A stretch of 64,000 nt of DNA from Malacoraja senta (Eukaryota): positions 15,128,001 to 15,192,000 of the forward strand of contig CM075980.1 in the NCBI GenBank assembly GCA_038087875.1, in the 5' to 3' direction. This document shows, piece by piece, positions 38,165 to 48,890 of this stretch. How positions within the stretch are numbered: position 1 is the stretch's first letter; every line of letters starts with the position of its first letter. Below the pieces are notes generated by a model, which searched no databases, was not told where the DNA came from, and saw only the letters and a list, made by a program, of their open reading frames with translations. The translations under genes and the position numbers were made by a program.

Positions 38165-38451
38165 TGATTAAAAGATACAGCATGGAGACAGGCCATTTGG
38201 CCCTCCGACTGCACACCGTCGATCACCCGTTTACAATAGTTCTACATTATCCTACTTTCTCGTCCACTCCTATACACTAGAGGCAATTTACAATGGCCAA
38301 TTACCCTACAAACCCGCACCTGTGGAACGTAGGAGGAAGCCCACATGGTCACAGTGAGAACATGCAAACTCCACATGCACAGCACTCGAGGTCAGGATTG
38401 AACCCGTGTGACTGGCACTGTGGTTCTACCGGGTACTCCACTATGCTGCCC
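38165..38451 (-). mobile_element. tRNA-derived SINE (HE1-like), degenerate
   Basis: Similar to the reverse complement of 12506..12768. Confidence 0.7.
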
Positions 38452-38573
38452 AAAGTTCAGCATCACCTCCCTGCTATTGTATTTATTGCCCTGCCCTGGC
38501 AGAATCCTACAGCCTTCATAACCACTTTATCCACCTCCACCCCCAACTTTCTGAGGATCATTGGACTTGTAAC

Positions 38574-38601
38574 CAAAGATCATAGAGCTCTATGATCTTT
38601 G
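38574..38601. mobile_element. 28-bp perfect palindrome with an 8-bp TSD (CTTGTAAC); putative TIR-only micro-transposon
   Basis: CAAAGATCATAGAG|CTCTATGATCTTTG; direct repeats at 38566-38573 and 38602-38609. Confidence 0.75.
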
Positions 38602-39054
38602 CTTGTAACTAAGGTACCTCTGTTCCCACCCCTAACTTCCTACCACTTGTGGGGTATGTCCTAGCCCCAGTCCCAAAATAAATCACCTCACATCCACCAG
38701 GATTAAATTCCATCTGACATTGCCAAGGCTATTTCACCAACACATGGCATTTCCTCCATAACTTTTGCGTTTTGTTTTTAAATGCCAAGGCTTGCTTTGC
38801 TTCCAGAGCCCTGTGGAGGAGGGTGTTGAAGCACGATGGGCTTTACAGAGCCTCACTAGTCTGCAGGTTGCCCTTTGCTGCTGCAGTGTGTGGGTCTGGA
38901 TGCCCCGCACTGAGTGATGTGTCTGCACTCGGGCCCTCCCCTCCCTCCTGTCGGTACCGGACAGGGGCTCCCTCCCGAGATACGCCCTGGCCCGGCTCCA
39001 ACCCTCCTTCTCATCTCCCCGGTCCCGGCCCTGGCCCTGGCCTGACTGACTTAC

Positions 39055-39194
39055 ACCGTCTCCCGCAGCCTGTGCCGGACACTGTCCCCCTCACACACGC
39101 TCGGCCGTTCGGCCGTCCGCCCACCGGCCTCTCTCCGCTTCGCCCTCTGCCTGCCGACCGTTTGCCAGCCTCCGTGGGCCGGGCCGGCCGCCAT
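39055..39194 (-). CDS. SRRD: SRRD exon 1 (MAAGPAHGGWQTVGRQRAKRRE...HRLRET)
   Basis: Strong Kozak context GGGATGG, W..V..R motif typical of SRR1 N-termini, GTAAGT donor; total CDS 891 nt = 296 aa. Confidence 0.88.
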
Positions 39195-39334
39195 CCCGGG
39201 CTCGCCTCCCAGTGGCCGAGTGTCCCCGGGTAACGCTCCCCTCGCAATCCCACCCCCATCCCCACCTTGCGGGCGGAACCTTCAGTCGCGTTCCTTGTTT
39301 CCGCCGGTGGCAGCGGCGCGCCGGGCCCTAACAA

Positions 39335-39517
39335 GATGGCGGGCGGGGTGTAGGGAGCGGGCGGCGGGGAGACAGCGAGACTCGGTCAGGAGGGGAGCGA
39401 CAGCGAGCACCGGCCCATCATTACTCCCCTCACCCTCTGTTCCCGCGTTGCCTCAGGTGTTGTTCACACACTGACACCGTTGATCATCTATCGGGCTCAG
39501 AACCCGCACCAACGCCG
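39335..39517 (+). other. TFIP11: TFIP11 non-coding (5' UTR) exon 1; start approximate
   Basis: Consensus donor CCG|GTGAGT at 39517/39518; pairs with the acceptor CCTCAG|GC at 41918, 5 nt before the ATG. Confidence 0.7.
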
Positions 39518-39585
39518 GTGAGTGCGGCTGTTCCCGGGCCCCGCGATCCCGGCCCCTCGCCGAGCCATCTCCAGTCCCCGTCCCC

Positions 39586-41893
39586 ACGCCGTCCCGGTAC
39601 CCCGCCGCCCCGGTACCCCACCGTCCCGGTACCCCACCGTCCCGGTACCCCGCCGTCCCGGTACCCCGCCGCCCCGGTACCCCGCCGCCCCGGTACCCCG
39701 CCGCCCCGGTACCCCGCCGCCCCGTTACCCCACCGTCCCGGTACCCCGCCGCCCCGATACCCCGCCGTCCCGGTACCCCGGTACCCCACCGTCCCGGTAC
39801 CCCGCCGCCCCGATACCCCGCCGTCCCGGTACCCCGCCGTCCCGGTACCCCACCGTCCCGGTACCCCGCCGCCCCGGTACCCCGGTACCCCGCCGTCCCG
39901 GTACCCCACCGTCCCGGTACCCCGCCGCCCCGATACCCCGCCGTCCCGGTACCCCGCCGTCCCGGTACCCCACCGTCCCGGTACCCCGCCGCCCCGATAC
40001 CCCGCCGTCCCGGTACCCCGCCGTCCCGGTACCCCGCCGCCCCGATACCCCGCCGTCCCGGTACCCCGCCGTCCCGGTACCCCGCCGCCCCGGTACCCCG
40101 CCGCCCCGGTACCCCGCCGTCCCGGTACCCCGGTACCCCGCCGTCCCGGTACCCCGCCGTCCCGGTACCCCGCCGCCCCGGTACCCCGCCGTCCCGGTAC
40201 CCCGGTACCCCGCCGTCCCGGTACCCCGCCGCCCCGGTACCCCACCGTCCCGGTACCCCGCCGCCCCGATACCCCGCCGTCCCGGTACCCCGCCGTCCCG
40301 GTACCCCGCCGTCCCGGTACCCCGCCGCCCCGGTACCCCGGTACCCCGCCGTCCCGGTACCCCGCCGCCCCGGTACCCCGCCGCCCCGGTACCCCGCCGC
40401 CCCGGTACCCCGCCGCCCCGGTACCCCGCCGTCCCGGTACCCCGCCGCCCCGATACCCCGCCGTCCCGGTACCCCGCCGTCCCGGTACCCCGCCGCCCCG
40501 GTACCCCGGTACCCCGCCGTCCCGGTACCCCGCCGCCCCGATACCCCGCCGCCCCGTTACCCCACCGTCCCGATACCCCGCCGTCCCGGTACCCCGCCGT
40601 CCCGGTACCCCGCTGCCCCGGTACCCCGGTACCCCGCCGCCCCGGTACCCCGCCGCCCCGATACCCCGCCGCCCCGTTACCCCACCGTCCCGGCACCCCG
40701 CCGCCCCGGTACCCCGGTACCCCGGTACCCCACCGTCCCGGTACCCCGCCGCCCCGATACCCCGCCGTCCCGGTACCCCGCCGTCCCGGTACCCCACCGT
40801 CCCGGTACCCCGCCGCCCCGGTACCCCGGTACCCCGCCGTCCCGGTACCCCACCGTCCCGGTACCCCGCCGCCCCGATACCCCGCCGTCCCGGTACCCCG
40901 CCGTCCCGGTACCCCACCGTCCCGGTACCCCGCCGCCCCGATACCCCGCCGTCCCGGTACCCCGCCGTCCCGGTACCCCGCCGCCCCGATACCCCGCCGT
41001 CCCGGTACCCCGCCGTCCCGGTACCCCGCCGCCCCGGTACCCCCGCCGCCCCGGTACCCCGCCGTCCCGGTACCCCGGTACCCCGCCGTCCCGGTACCCC
41101 GCCGTCCCGGTACCCCGCCGCCCCGGTACCCCGCCGTCCCGGTACCCCGGTACCCCGCCGTCCCGGTACCCCGCCGCCCCGGTACCCCACCGTCCCGGTA
41201 CCCCGCCGCCCCGATACCCCGCCGTCCCGGTACCCCGCCGTCCCGGTACCCCGCCGTCCCGGTACCCCGCCGCCCCGGTACCCCGGTACCCCGCCGTCCC
41301 GGTACCCCGCCGCCCCGGTACCCCGCCGCCCCGGTACCCCGCCGCCCCGGTACCCCGCCGCCCCGGTACCCCGCCGTCCCGGTACCCCGCCGCCCCGATA
41401 CCCCGCCGTCCCGGTACCCCGCCGTCCCGGTACCCCGCCGCCCCGGTACCCCGGTACCCCGCCGTCCCGGTACCCCGCCGCCCCGATACCCCGCCGCCCC
41501 GTTACCCCACCGTCCCGATACCCCGCCGTCCCGGTACCCCGCCGTCCCGGTACCCCGCTGCCCCGGTACCCCGGTACCCCGCCGCCCCGGTACCCCGCCG
41601 CCCCGATACCCCGCCGCCCCGTTACCCCACCGTCCCGGCACCCCGCCGCCCCGGTACCCCGGTACCCCGGTACCCCGCCGTCCCGGTACCCCGCCGCCCC
41701 GATACCCCGGTACCCCGCCGTCCCGGTACCCCGCCGCCCCGGTACCCCGCCGCCCCGATACGCCGCCGTCCCAGTACCCCGCCGCCCCGGTACCCCGGTG
41801 TCCCGCCGCCCCGTTACCCCAATACCCCGCCGTCCCGGTACCCCGCCGAGCCGTCCCCTCCGCCCCCTCACCCCGCCGAGCCGTCCCCTCCGC
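39586..41893. repeat. GC-rich minisatellite, 16-bp unit GYCCCGGTACCCCGCC with 8-bp half units, roughly 140 units
   Basis: Directly visible tandem array filling TFIP11 intron 1; source of the 725-1051 aa low-complexity ORFs. Confidence 0.97.
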
Positions 41894-41923
41894 TCTGTTC
41901 ACCGAATCTCACCCTCAGGCACG

Positions 41924-42123
41924 ATGTCGATGGCACATCTGTACGGGAAGGACGGCACCGACGATGAGGTGGAGATGGAACGATTTGAGATCTCGGACTG
42001 GGACCTGGAAAATGAGTTCAATCCGGACCGTGTCCGCCACCGGCAGACAAAGGAAGATGCGATCTACGGCATGTGGGCCGAGAACGACTCTGACGACGAG
42101 AGACCCAGTTTTGGGGGGAAACG
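41924..42123 (+). CDS. TFIP11: TFIP11 first coding exon ([11 protein letters not shown]...[18 protein letters not shown]...RPSFGGK)
   Basis: TIP_N domain motif FEI.DWDL.NEFNP.R...QTKE.A.YG+WAE. Confidence 0.96.
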
Positions 42124-42359
42124 GTAATTTTGTGATTCATGACGTTTACCTCTCAGCACCTGGCTTGCTTTTCCTCCATAACCTTTTGCTCCTATGGAAG
42201 CTGAATCTGGATGTTGAGCAAAACACACAGTGCTGGATGAACTCACATCGGGATGGACAGGCGATGTTTCGGGGCAGGGACCCACCATTTCTTGATTTTG
42301 TTGTATGGATACATGCCTGCTGGCAGCTTGGCATCCCATTCGATGACCACTGGTCAACA

Positions 42360-42790
42360 TTTAGAACAGTACAGCATAAAACAGGCCCCTTGGCCCACAA
42401 TACCTGTGCCGAACATGGTACCATGACCATTGCTTATAGATCTGCTAGTAACCCATATCCCACCATTCCCTGCATATCCATATGCTTATCCAAAAATCCC
42501 TTAAATGCCACTATCATATCTGCTTCAACCACCACCCACCACAACTTGTTCCAGGCACTCGCTGCCCCATGTGTAAACAAAACTTGCCTCACACATTTTT
42601 CTTTAAACTTTACCTCTCTCACCTTAAAATTAAGCCCTCTAGTATTTGATTTTTCCAACCTGGGAAATAGGTTCTGACTGTTTACCTTATATATATGCCT
42701 TATCATAATTTTATATACTTCTACAATCTCCAGTGTTCCAGAGAAAACAAGCCAAGTTTATCCAACCTCTCCTTGTAACTAATAGCCTGT
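42360..42790 (-). mobile_element. CR1-type LINE 3' fragment
   Basis: NLFPRLEKSNTRGLNFKVR...WN.L...VVEADMIVAFKGFLDKHM. Confidence 0.8.
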
Positions 42791-42819
42791 AACTATAACA
42801 GAGGGTATTTGTATAGGTG

Positions 42820-42953
42820 GTAGAAACACAAATGCAAATGCTGGTTAATATACAAAAGGACACAAAGTGCTGGAATAACTCAGCTGGTCAGGCAGCATCT
42901 CTGGAGAACATGGATAGCTGACATTTCAGGTTCAAGACCCTTCTTCAGACTGG
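42820..42953 (-). mobile_element. Short Penelope-derived repeat with a hammerhead-like core
   Basis: Minus strand reads CTGAAGA-AGGGTCTTGAACCT-GAAA-TGTC. Confidence 0.7.
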
Positions 42954-43190
42954 CAGTTTGGACTGGGCCTGGCCCCAGACCTGCTGGCGGCCGGGATCGG
43001 CGGAGTCAATGGTTGCAGCGGGCGGTCGGAGAGTAGGTAAGGGGTGGCGGTGGCAGGTGCGGCCTGGAAGTGTCCAAGGAAGCTGCCGGCAAGCTGGGGG
43101 TGGCGTCGCAGCCGTCTATAGGTCAGTCCACTATAAACAAAATTCATTATCAAGAGGTTTGTTAAAATGAGAGTTTACTGTATCTAGCGC

Positions 43191-45441
43191 AATAGACAAT
43201 AGGTGCAGGTGGAGGCCATACAGCCCTTCAAGCCAGCACCGCCATTCAATGTGATCATGGCTGATCATCCACAATCAGTACCCCATTCCTGCCTTCTCCC
43301 CATATCCCCTGACTCCGCTATCTTCAAGAGCCCTATCTAGCTCACCGTTGAAAGTTTCCAGAGAACAGTCCTCCACCGGCCGCTGAGGCAGAGAATTTCA
43401 CAGACTCACAACTCTCTGTGTGAAAAAGTGTTTCCTCATCTCTGTTCTAAATGGCTTACCCCTTATTCTTAAACTGTGGCCCCTGGTTCTGGACTCCCCC
43501 AACTTCGGGATCATGTTTCCTGCCTCTAGCGTGTACAAACCCTTAATAATCTTATATGTTTCAATAAAATACCCTCTCATCCTTCTAAATTCCAGAGTAT
43601 ACATGCCCAGCCGCTCCATTCTCTCAGCATATGACAGTCCCACCATCCTGGGAATTAATCTTGTGAACCTACGCTGCACTCCCTCAATAGCAAGAATGTC
43701 CTTCCTCAAATTTGGAGACCAAAACTGCACACAATACTCCAGGTGTGGTCTCACTAGGGCCCTGTCCAACTGCAGAAGGACCTCTTTGCTCCTTTTCTCA
43801 ACTCCTCTTGTTATGAAGGCCAACATGCCATTCGCTTTCTTCACTGCCTGCTGTACCTGCATGCTTACTTTCAGTGACTGATGAACAAGGACCTCCAGAT
43901 CCCGTTTTACTTCCCCTTTTCCCAACTTGACATAATTTAGATAATAATCTTCCTTCCTGTTTTTGCTACCAAAGTGGATAACCTCACATTTATCTACATT
44001 TAACTGCATCTGCCATGCATCTACGCACTCATCCAACCTGTCCAAGTCACCCTGCATTCTCATAGCATCCTCCTCACAGTTCACACTGCCACCCAGCTTT
44101 GTGTCATCTGCAAATTTGCTAATGTTACTTGTAATCCCTTCATCGAAATCATTAATATATATTGTAAATAGCTGCGGTCCCAGCACCGAGCCTTGCGGTA
44201 CCCCACTAGTCACTGCCTGCCATTCTGAAAGGGACCTGTTAATCCCTACTCCTTGTTTCCTGTCTGCCAACCAATTTTCTATCTATATCAGCACTCTACC
44301 CCCAATACCATGTGCCTTAATTTTGCCCACTAATCACCTATGTGGGACCTTATCAAATGCTTTCTGAAAGTCCAGGTACACTACATCCACTGGCTCTCCC
44401 ATGTCCATTTTCCTAGTTACATCCTCAAAAAATTCCAGAAGATTAGTCAAGCATGATTTCCCCTTCGTAAATCCATGCTGACTCGGATCGATCCTGTTAC
44501 TGCAATCCAAATGTGCCGCTATTTCATCTTTTATGATTGACTCCAGCATCTTCCCCACCACCGACGTCAGGCTAACTGGTCTATAATTCCCTGTTTTCTC
44601 TCTCCCCCCTTTCTTAAAAAGTGGGATAACATTAGCTACCCTCCAATCCACAGGAACTGATCCTGAATCTATAGAACATTGGAAAATGATGACCAATACG
44701 CCCACGATTTCTAGAGCCAATTCCTGAAATATCCTGGGATGCAGACCATCAGGCCCTGGGGATTTATCAGCCTTCAGTCCCATCAGTCTACCCCAACACC
44801 ATTTCCTGCCTAATATGGATTTCCTTCAGTTCTTCCGTCACCCCAGATCCTCTGGCTAGTACATCAGGAAGATTGTTTGTGACCTCCTTAGTGAAGACAG
44901 ATCCAAAATACCTGTTCAACTCATCTGCCATTTCCTTGTTCCCCATAATAAATTCACCCTTCTTCAAGGGTCCAACTTTGGTCTTTACATTTTTTTCCCT
45001 TCACATACCTAAAGAAGCTTTTACTATCCTTCTTTATATTCTTGGCTAGCTTACGTTTGTACCTCATCTTTTCTCCCTGTATTGCCTTTTTAGTTATCTT
45101 CTGTTGCTCTTTAAACGTTACCAAATCCTCTGGCTTCCCGCTCATCTTTGCTATGTTGTTCTTCTTCTCTTCTATTTTTATACTGTCCCTGACTTCCCTT
45201 GTCAGCCACGGTCGCCCCGTACTCCCCTTGGAATCTTTCTTCCTCTTTGGAATGAACTGATCCTGCATCCTTCTGTATTATTCCCAGAAATATTTGCAAT
45301 TGTTGTTCCACTGTCATTCCTGCTAGGGTATCTTTCCAGTCAACTTTGGCCAGCTCCATCCTCATGGCTCCATAGTCCCCTTTGTTCAACTGAAATACCG
45401 ACATCTTCGATTTACCCTTCTCCCTCTCAAATTGTAGATTA
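43191..45441 (-). mobile_element. CR1-clade LINE, 5'-truncated, disrupted reverse-transcriptase ORF2
   Basis: KSPGPDG, NYRPVSLTS, YLDFQKAFDKVPH, GVPQGSVLGP, KFADDTK and VRPHLEYC motifs spread over 4 broken ORFs. Confidence 0.93.
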
Positions 45442-45702
45442 TAAAGAGTCCAGAGAGGAAACTAATAATTTCGCTGGTCAATAATCATACGAAACACCTG
45501 CAATTACACCTCTGCTCATTAGTCAAAAGTACAGTAGCTTTAATCATTGGGAGAAAGGCAGAACTTGTGTGGAACCTTCAGGTTTGTGTGTATTTGATGC
45601 TCCCCTCTGTCCCCACTTCCAGCAGTCACTCAACAGTACGTTGACGTTAACAATTGCGGTTAGCTTGTAATGGCTCTGATTTGAAATTTGTGCTCGTCAT
45701 AG

Positions 45703-45862
45703 CTCCAAAGATTACACAGCTCCGGTGAACTTCATCAGCGCTGGACTCCGTCGAACAACAGATGAGGAAAATGAAAAAGAGAAGGATTCCGATGAATCTG
45801 ATGAAGAGAAGGTTAAAAGAGAAGAATTTCAAAAAGAGTTTGCGCCACAGAAATTGAAAACT
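45703..45862 (+). CDS. TFIP11: TFIP11 coding exon 2 ([15 protein letters not shown]...PQKLKT)
   Basis: [11 protein letters not shown] motif; canonical sites. Confidence 0.95.
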
Positions 45863-46217
45863 GTAAGTGTTTGCCAGTGCTGGGGTGTTGTGTGTGGATG
45901 GGTTCTGGTCCATGTTGAAGCATATGGTCCATACCAAGGTGCTGCCACTCTATGACGAGACTTGTATTTACATAACACCTTTCATGGCTTCAGGAGAAAC
46001 CAGAGCATTGTAGAAACAAGGAACTGCAGATGCTGGTTTATATCAAAGATAGACACAAAGTGCTGGAGTAACTCAGCGGATAGGCAGCATCTCTGGGGAG
46101 AAAGAATGGGTAACAACCAGACCAGTTAAGTAGATTTTGAAGAGTCTTTTGAAGAATCTACAGTTACACCTTTGTAAAGTGGCAGTAAAGCTTCATGCAG
46201 AAAGCTGGATAAACTGT

Positions 46218-46919
46218 GTAGGAAAGAACTGCAGATGCTGGTTTAAATCAAAGGTAGACACAAAATGCTGGAGTAACTCAGCGGGACAGGCAGCATCTCT
46301 GGAGAGAAGGAATGGGTGACGTTTTGGGCAAAACCCTTCAGACTGATGTCAGGGGAGTGGGCGGGACAGAGATAGAATGTAGTCAGAGACAGTAACACTG
46401 GTGGGAGAGCTGGGAAAGGGAAGGGGATGGAGAGAAAGGGAAAGCAAGGGCTATTTGAAGTTGGAGAAGTCAATGTTCATACCGTTGGGGTGTAAGCTAC
46501 CCAAGCGAAATATGAGGTGCTGTTCCTCAAATTTGCGCTGGGCCTCACTCTGACAATGGAGGAGGCCCAGGACAGAAAGGTTAGATTGGTAATGGGAGCG
46601 GGAGTTAAAGTGCTGAGCAACCGGGAGATCAGGTAGGTTAAGGCAGACTGAGCGGATGTGTTCAGCGAAACGATCACCGAGCCTGCGCTTGGTGTCGCCG
46701 ATGTACAGAATTTGACACCCGGAACAGCGGATACAATAGATGAGGTTGGAGGAGGTGCAAGTGAACCTCTGCCTCACCTGAAAAGACTCTGGGTCCTTGG
46801 ATGGAGTGGAGGGGGGAGGTAAAGGGACGGGTGTTGCATCTCCTGCGGTTGCAGGGGAAAGTACCTGGGGAGTGGGTGGTTTAGGTGGGAAGGGACGAGT
46901 TGACCAGGGAGTTGCGGAG
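46218..46919 (-). mobile_element. Penelope-like element 3' fragment with an intact GIY-YIG ORF piece and an 11-bp TSD
   Basis: ORF 46451..46777 reads NLIYCIRC..C.ILYIGDTKRRL..RF.EH...GMN; GGATAAACTGT at 46207-46217 and 46920-46930. Confidence 0.9.
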
Positions 46920-47386
46920 GGATAAACTGTTAGTTGAATGACAAAATGCTCTGTTTGAGGCTTTGTTTTGAGGTGAAAGGAGGCATGGACATGGAACTGG
47001 CTGAGAAATCAGCACCAGAATAGTGGCAAACACTTGTCACCAAGCTGAGGGCAAATTTAAACGTTACCTAGGGATTGATGGAGGACTATCCCTCGTAATT
47101 AACAATCATTAACAAATTAATAGTATAAGCTAACAATTTCAAACTCTGTGGATAACACTTAGATAGTGAACGACATTGGTCCCTCAGGGATTGTTTACTT
47201 CCTTCCAGCCAGTTCTTAATCCAACATGATGTTATCTTTATTACTGAAGGATTTAGTTTGTAAAGGAGTCTTTGTGTTATATTTTACCAAAAGGATTTTA
47301 GAATTCTAAGCCAGTTGTTGCTACCAGGTTTGTATCTGCACAATCTTCATTACTCCGTCCACCAAATAATGATTCTGTATCCACAG

Positions 47387-47543
47387 GGTGGCTTTTTCAA
47401 ATCTCATTCGAAAGGATTCACAGGAGGATATCGGACAAACCAGGAAATCGGCACCTGGGAAAAACACACAAAAGGGATTGGACAGAAGCTGTTACAGAAG
47501 ATGGGTTACGTGCCTGGGAGAGGTCTTGGAAAGAATGCCCAAG
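47387..47543 (+). CDS. TFIP11: TFIP11 coding exon 3, G-patch ([29 protein letters not shown])
   Basis: G-patch domain essentially identical to vertebrate TFIP11. Confidence 0.97.
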
Positions 47544-47988
47544 GTAATGTCGTTTATAGCATTGACTTTGTCAGTGAGAATCACCTTGCCTCGCTTTGTG
47601 CTGAAGTGTTGGTCTTCCCGTGAAACTGGTATTACAGTGAACAGTTTTAGAATGGAACGTTTAGCATCAGCTGAAGACCTGTTCAGACATGACACATTAT
47701 TTAGTACTCCAGATAAGATACTGGCAACAGGACTGACATTTGAATTTCCAGGCAACATGGTTTTCAACTTGCCACCCATGTGTAAGGCCAGTAGTGTGCA
47801 TAGGTTCAGAGATTGCTCTCTAGGAATTTTGGTTAATGCAACTCTACCTTGGGGCTTGATGTCAAAATGAGATAGATTTTGGAACTGTATACAATTTAAA
47901 CACCAGGATAAAAAGCAGCTCTGAATGACCCTGTTCCATCTTCTGCCTCTGTTTAGGAGATCAGTGTTAACATTGTATTATTGCGCAG

Positions 47989-48116
47989 GTATCGTAGCAC
48001 CAATTGAGGCAAAGATGAGGAAGGGGAAAGGAGCAATCGGTGCTTACGGGTCTGAACGAACAGAGCAGTCGCTGAAAGACTTTCCCATCGTCGACTCGGA
48101 TGAGGATGCTGATGAG
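47989..48116 (+). CDS. TFIP11: TFIP11 coding exon 4 ([42 protein letters not shown])
   Basis: End of the G-patch; GAYGSERT motif. Confidence 0.95.
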
Positions 48117-48169
48117 GTTTGGAATGATAAAGTTCTTCCCCGTTTATTTGCATGTATTTTAAATATCCC

Positions 48170-48890
48170 AGCTGTATCTACAAACCCCACAGAAGAACAC
48201 CAGGCTATCATCTTCCAGAGCATTATTGATCTCATCGCCTCTGGCAATCTTCTCTCCACAACCTCCACCCTTATAGTTCCCCAGCCGTTTCCCATGTCCC
48301 TCCTCTTCGTTAACTCCCCTGCCAGCCTTCTGCCCTCTCCAGAACTTTTTATTTCCATCTGCTGGCGTGACATCAACCGTCTTGACTTCTCCACTTACCT
48401 TACCCACTCCAATCTCACCTCCACCAAACGCACAGCCCTTCACTCACACAGCAATAATACCGATATTGTTAACAAACCTGACGACAAGGGAGGTGTTGTA
48501 GTAGTCTGGCAGGCTGACCTCTACCGTGCAGAGGTAAGGCGCCAGCTCATATCTACCCCTCATATCCATCCCTATCCCATGACCCCACAGATGAATGCCA
48601 GGCCTTCATTCCCAGACTGTTACTGATCTCATCACCTCTGGCTATCTCCCCTCCACAGCCTTCAACCTTATAGTTCGCCAGCCCTGTACAGCTGTTTCTA
48701 TCTCCTCAAAATCCACAAACTGGACTGCGCTGGCAGAGCCATTGTTACTGCCTGCTCCTGCCCCACAGAATAAAAAGAGTCCTGACCCAAAACATCACCT
48801 ATCCATGTTCTCCAGAGATGCTGCCTGACCTGCTGAGTTACTACAATACTTTGTGCCTTTGGAAACCAGCATCTGCACTTTCTTGTATCT
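48170..48890 (+). mobile_element. Degenerate Penelope-like RT fragment plus terminal repeat
   Basis: SNLT..KR.AL..L..N.DIV.KP.DKGG.VVV motif (Penelope RT N-terminus); terminus at 48775-48890. Confidence 0.75.

Larger units (their letters stand above)
38900..39600. promoter_or_regulatory. CpG island / bidirectional promoter shared by SRRD (-) and TFIP11 (+)
   Basis: GC- and CpG-rich, with GC-box-like GGGCGG sequences and a YY1-type CAAGATGGCG at 39332-39341; divergent first exons lie within about 300 bp. Confidence 0.85.

Noticed and set aside
39586-41893. CRISPR array
   Set aside because: Contiguous tandem units with no unique spacers, no cas genes, and a vertebrate context.
39484-42677. 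725-1051 aa ORFs on both strands as collagen-like or extensin-like genes
   Set aside because: They arise from a 16-bp unit lacking stop codons, have no AUG start, and lie in a canonical GT-AG intron of TFIP11.
42955-43182. Tigger/pogo-like MITE end (…GTTTACTG|TA)
   Set aside because: Only one possible terminus is seen, with no matching opposite TIR; too weak to call.
43398-44783. Active or domesticated reverse transcriptase gene
   Set aside because: A stop codon and frameshifts split ORF2, and the endonuclease and 5' end are missing; an ordinary dead CR1 copy.
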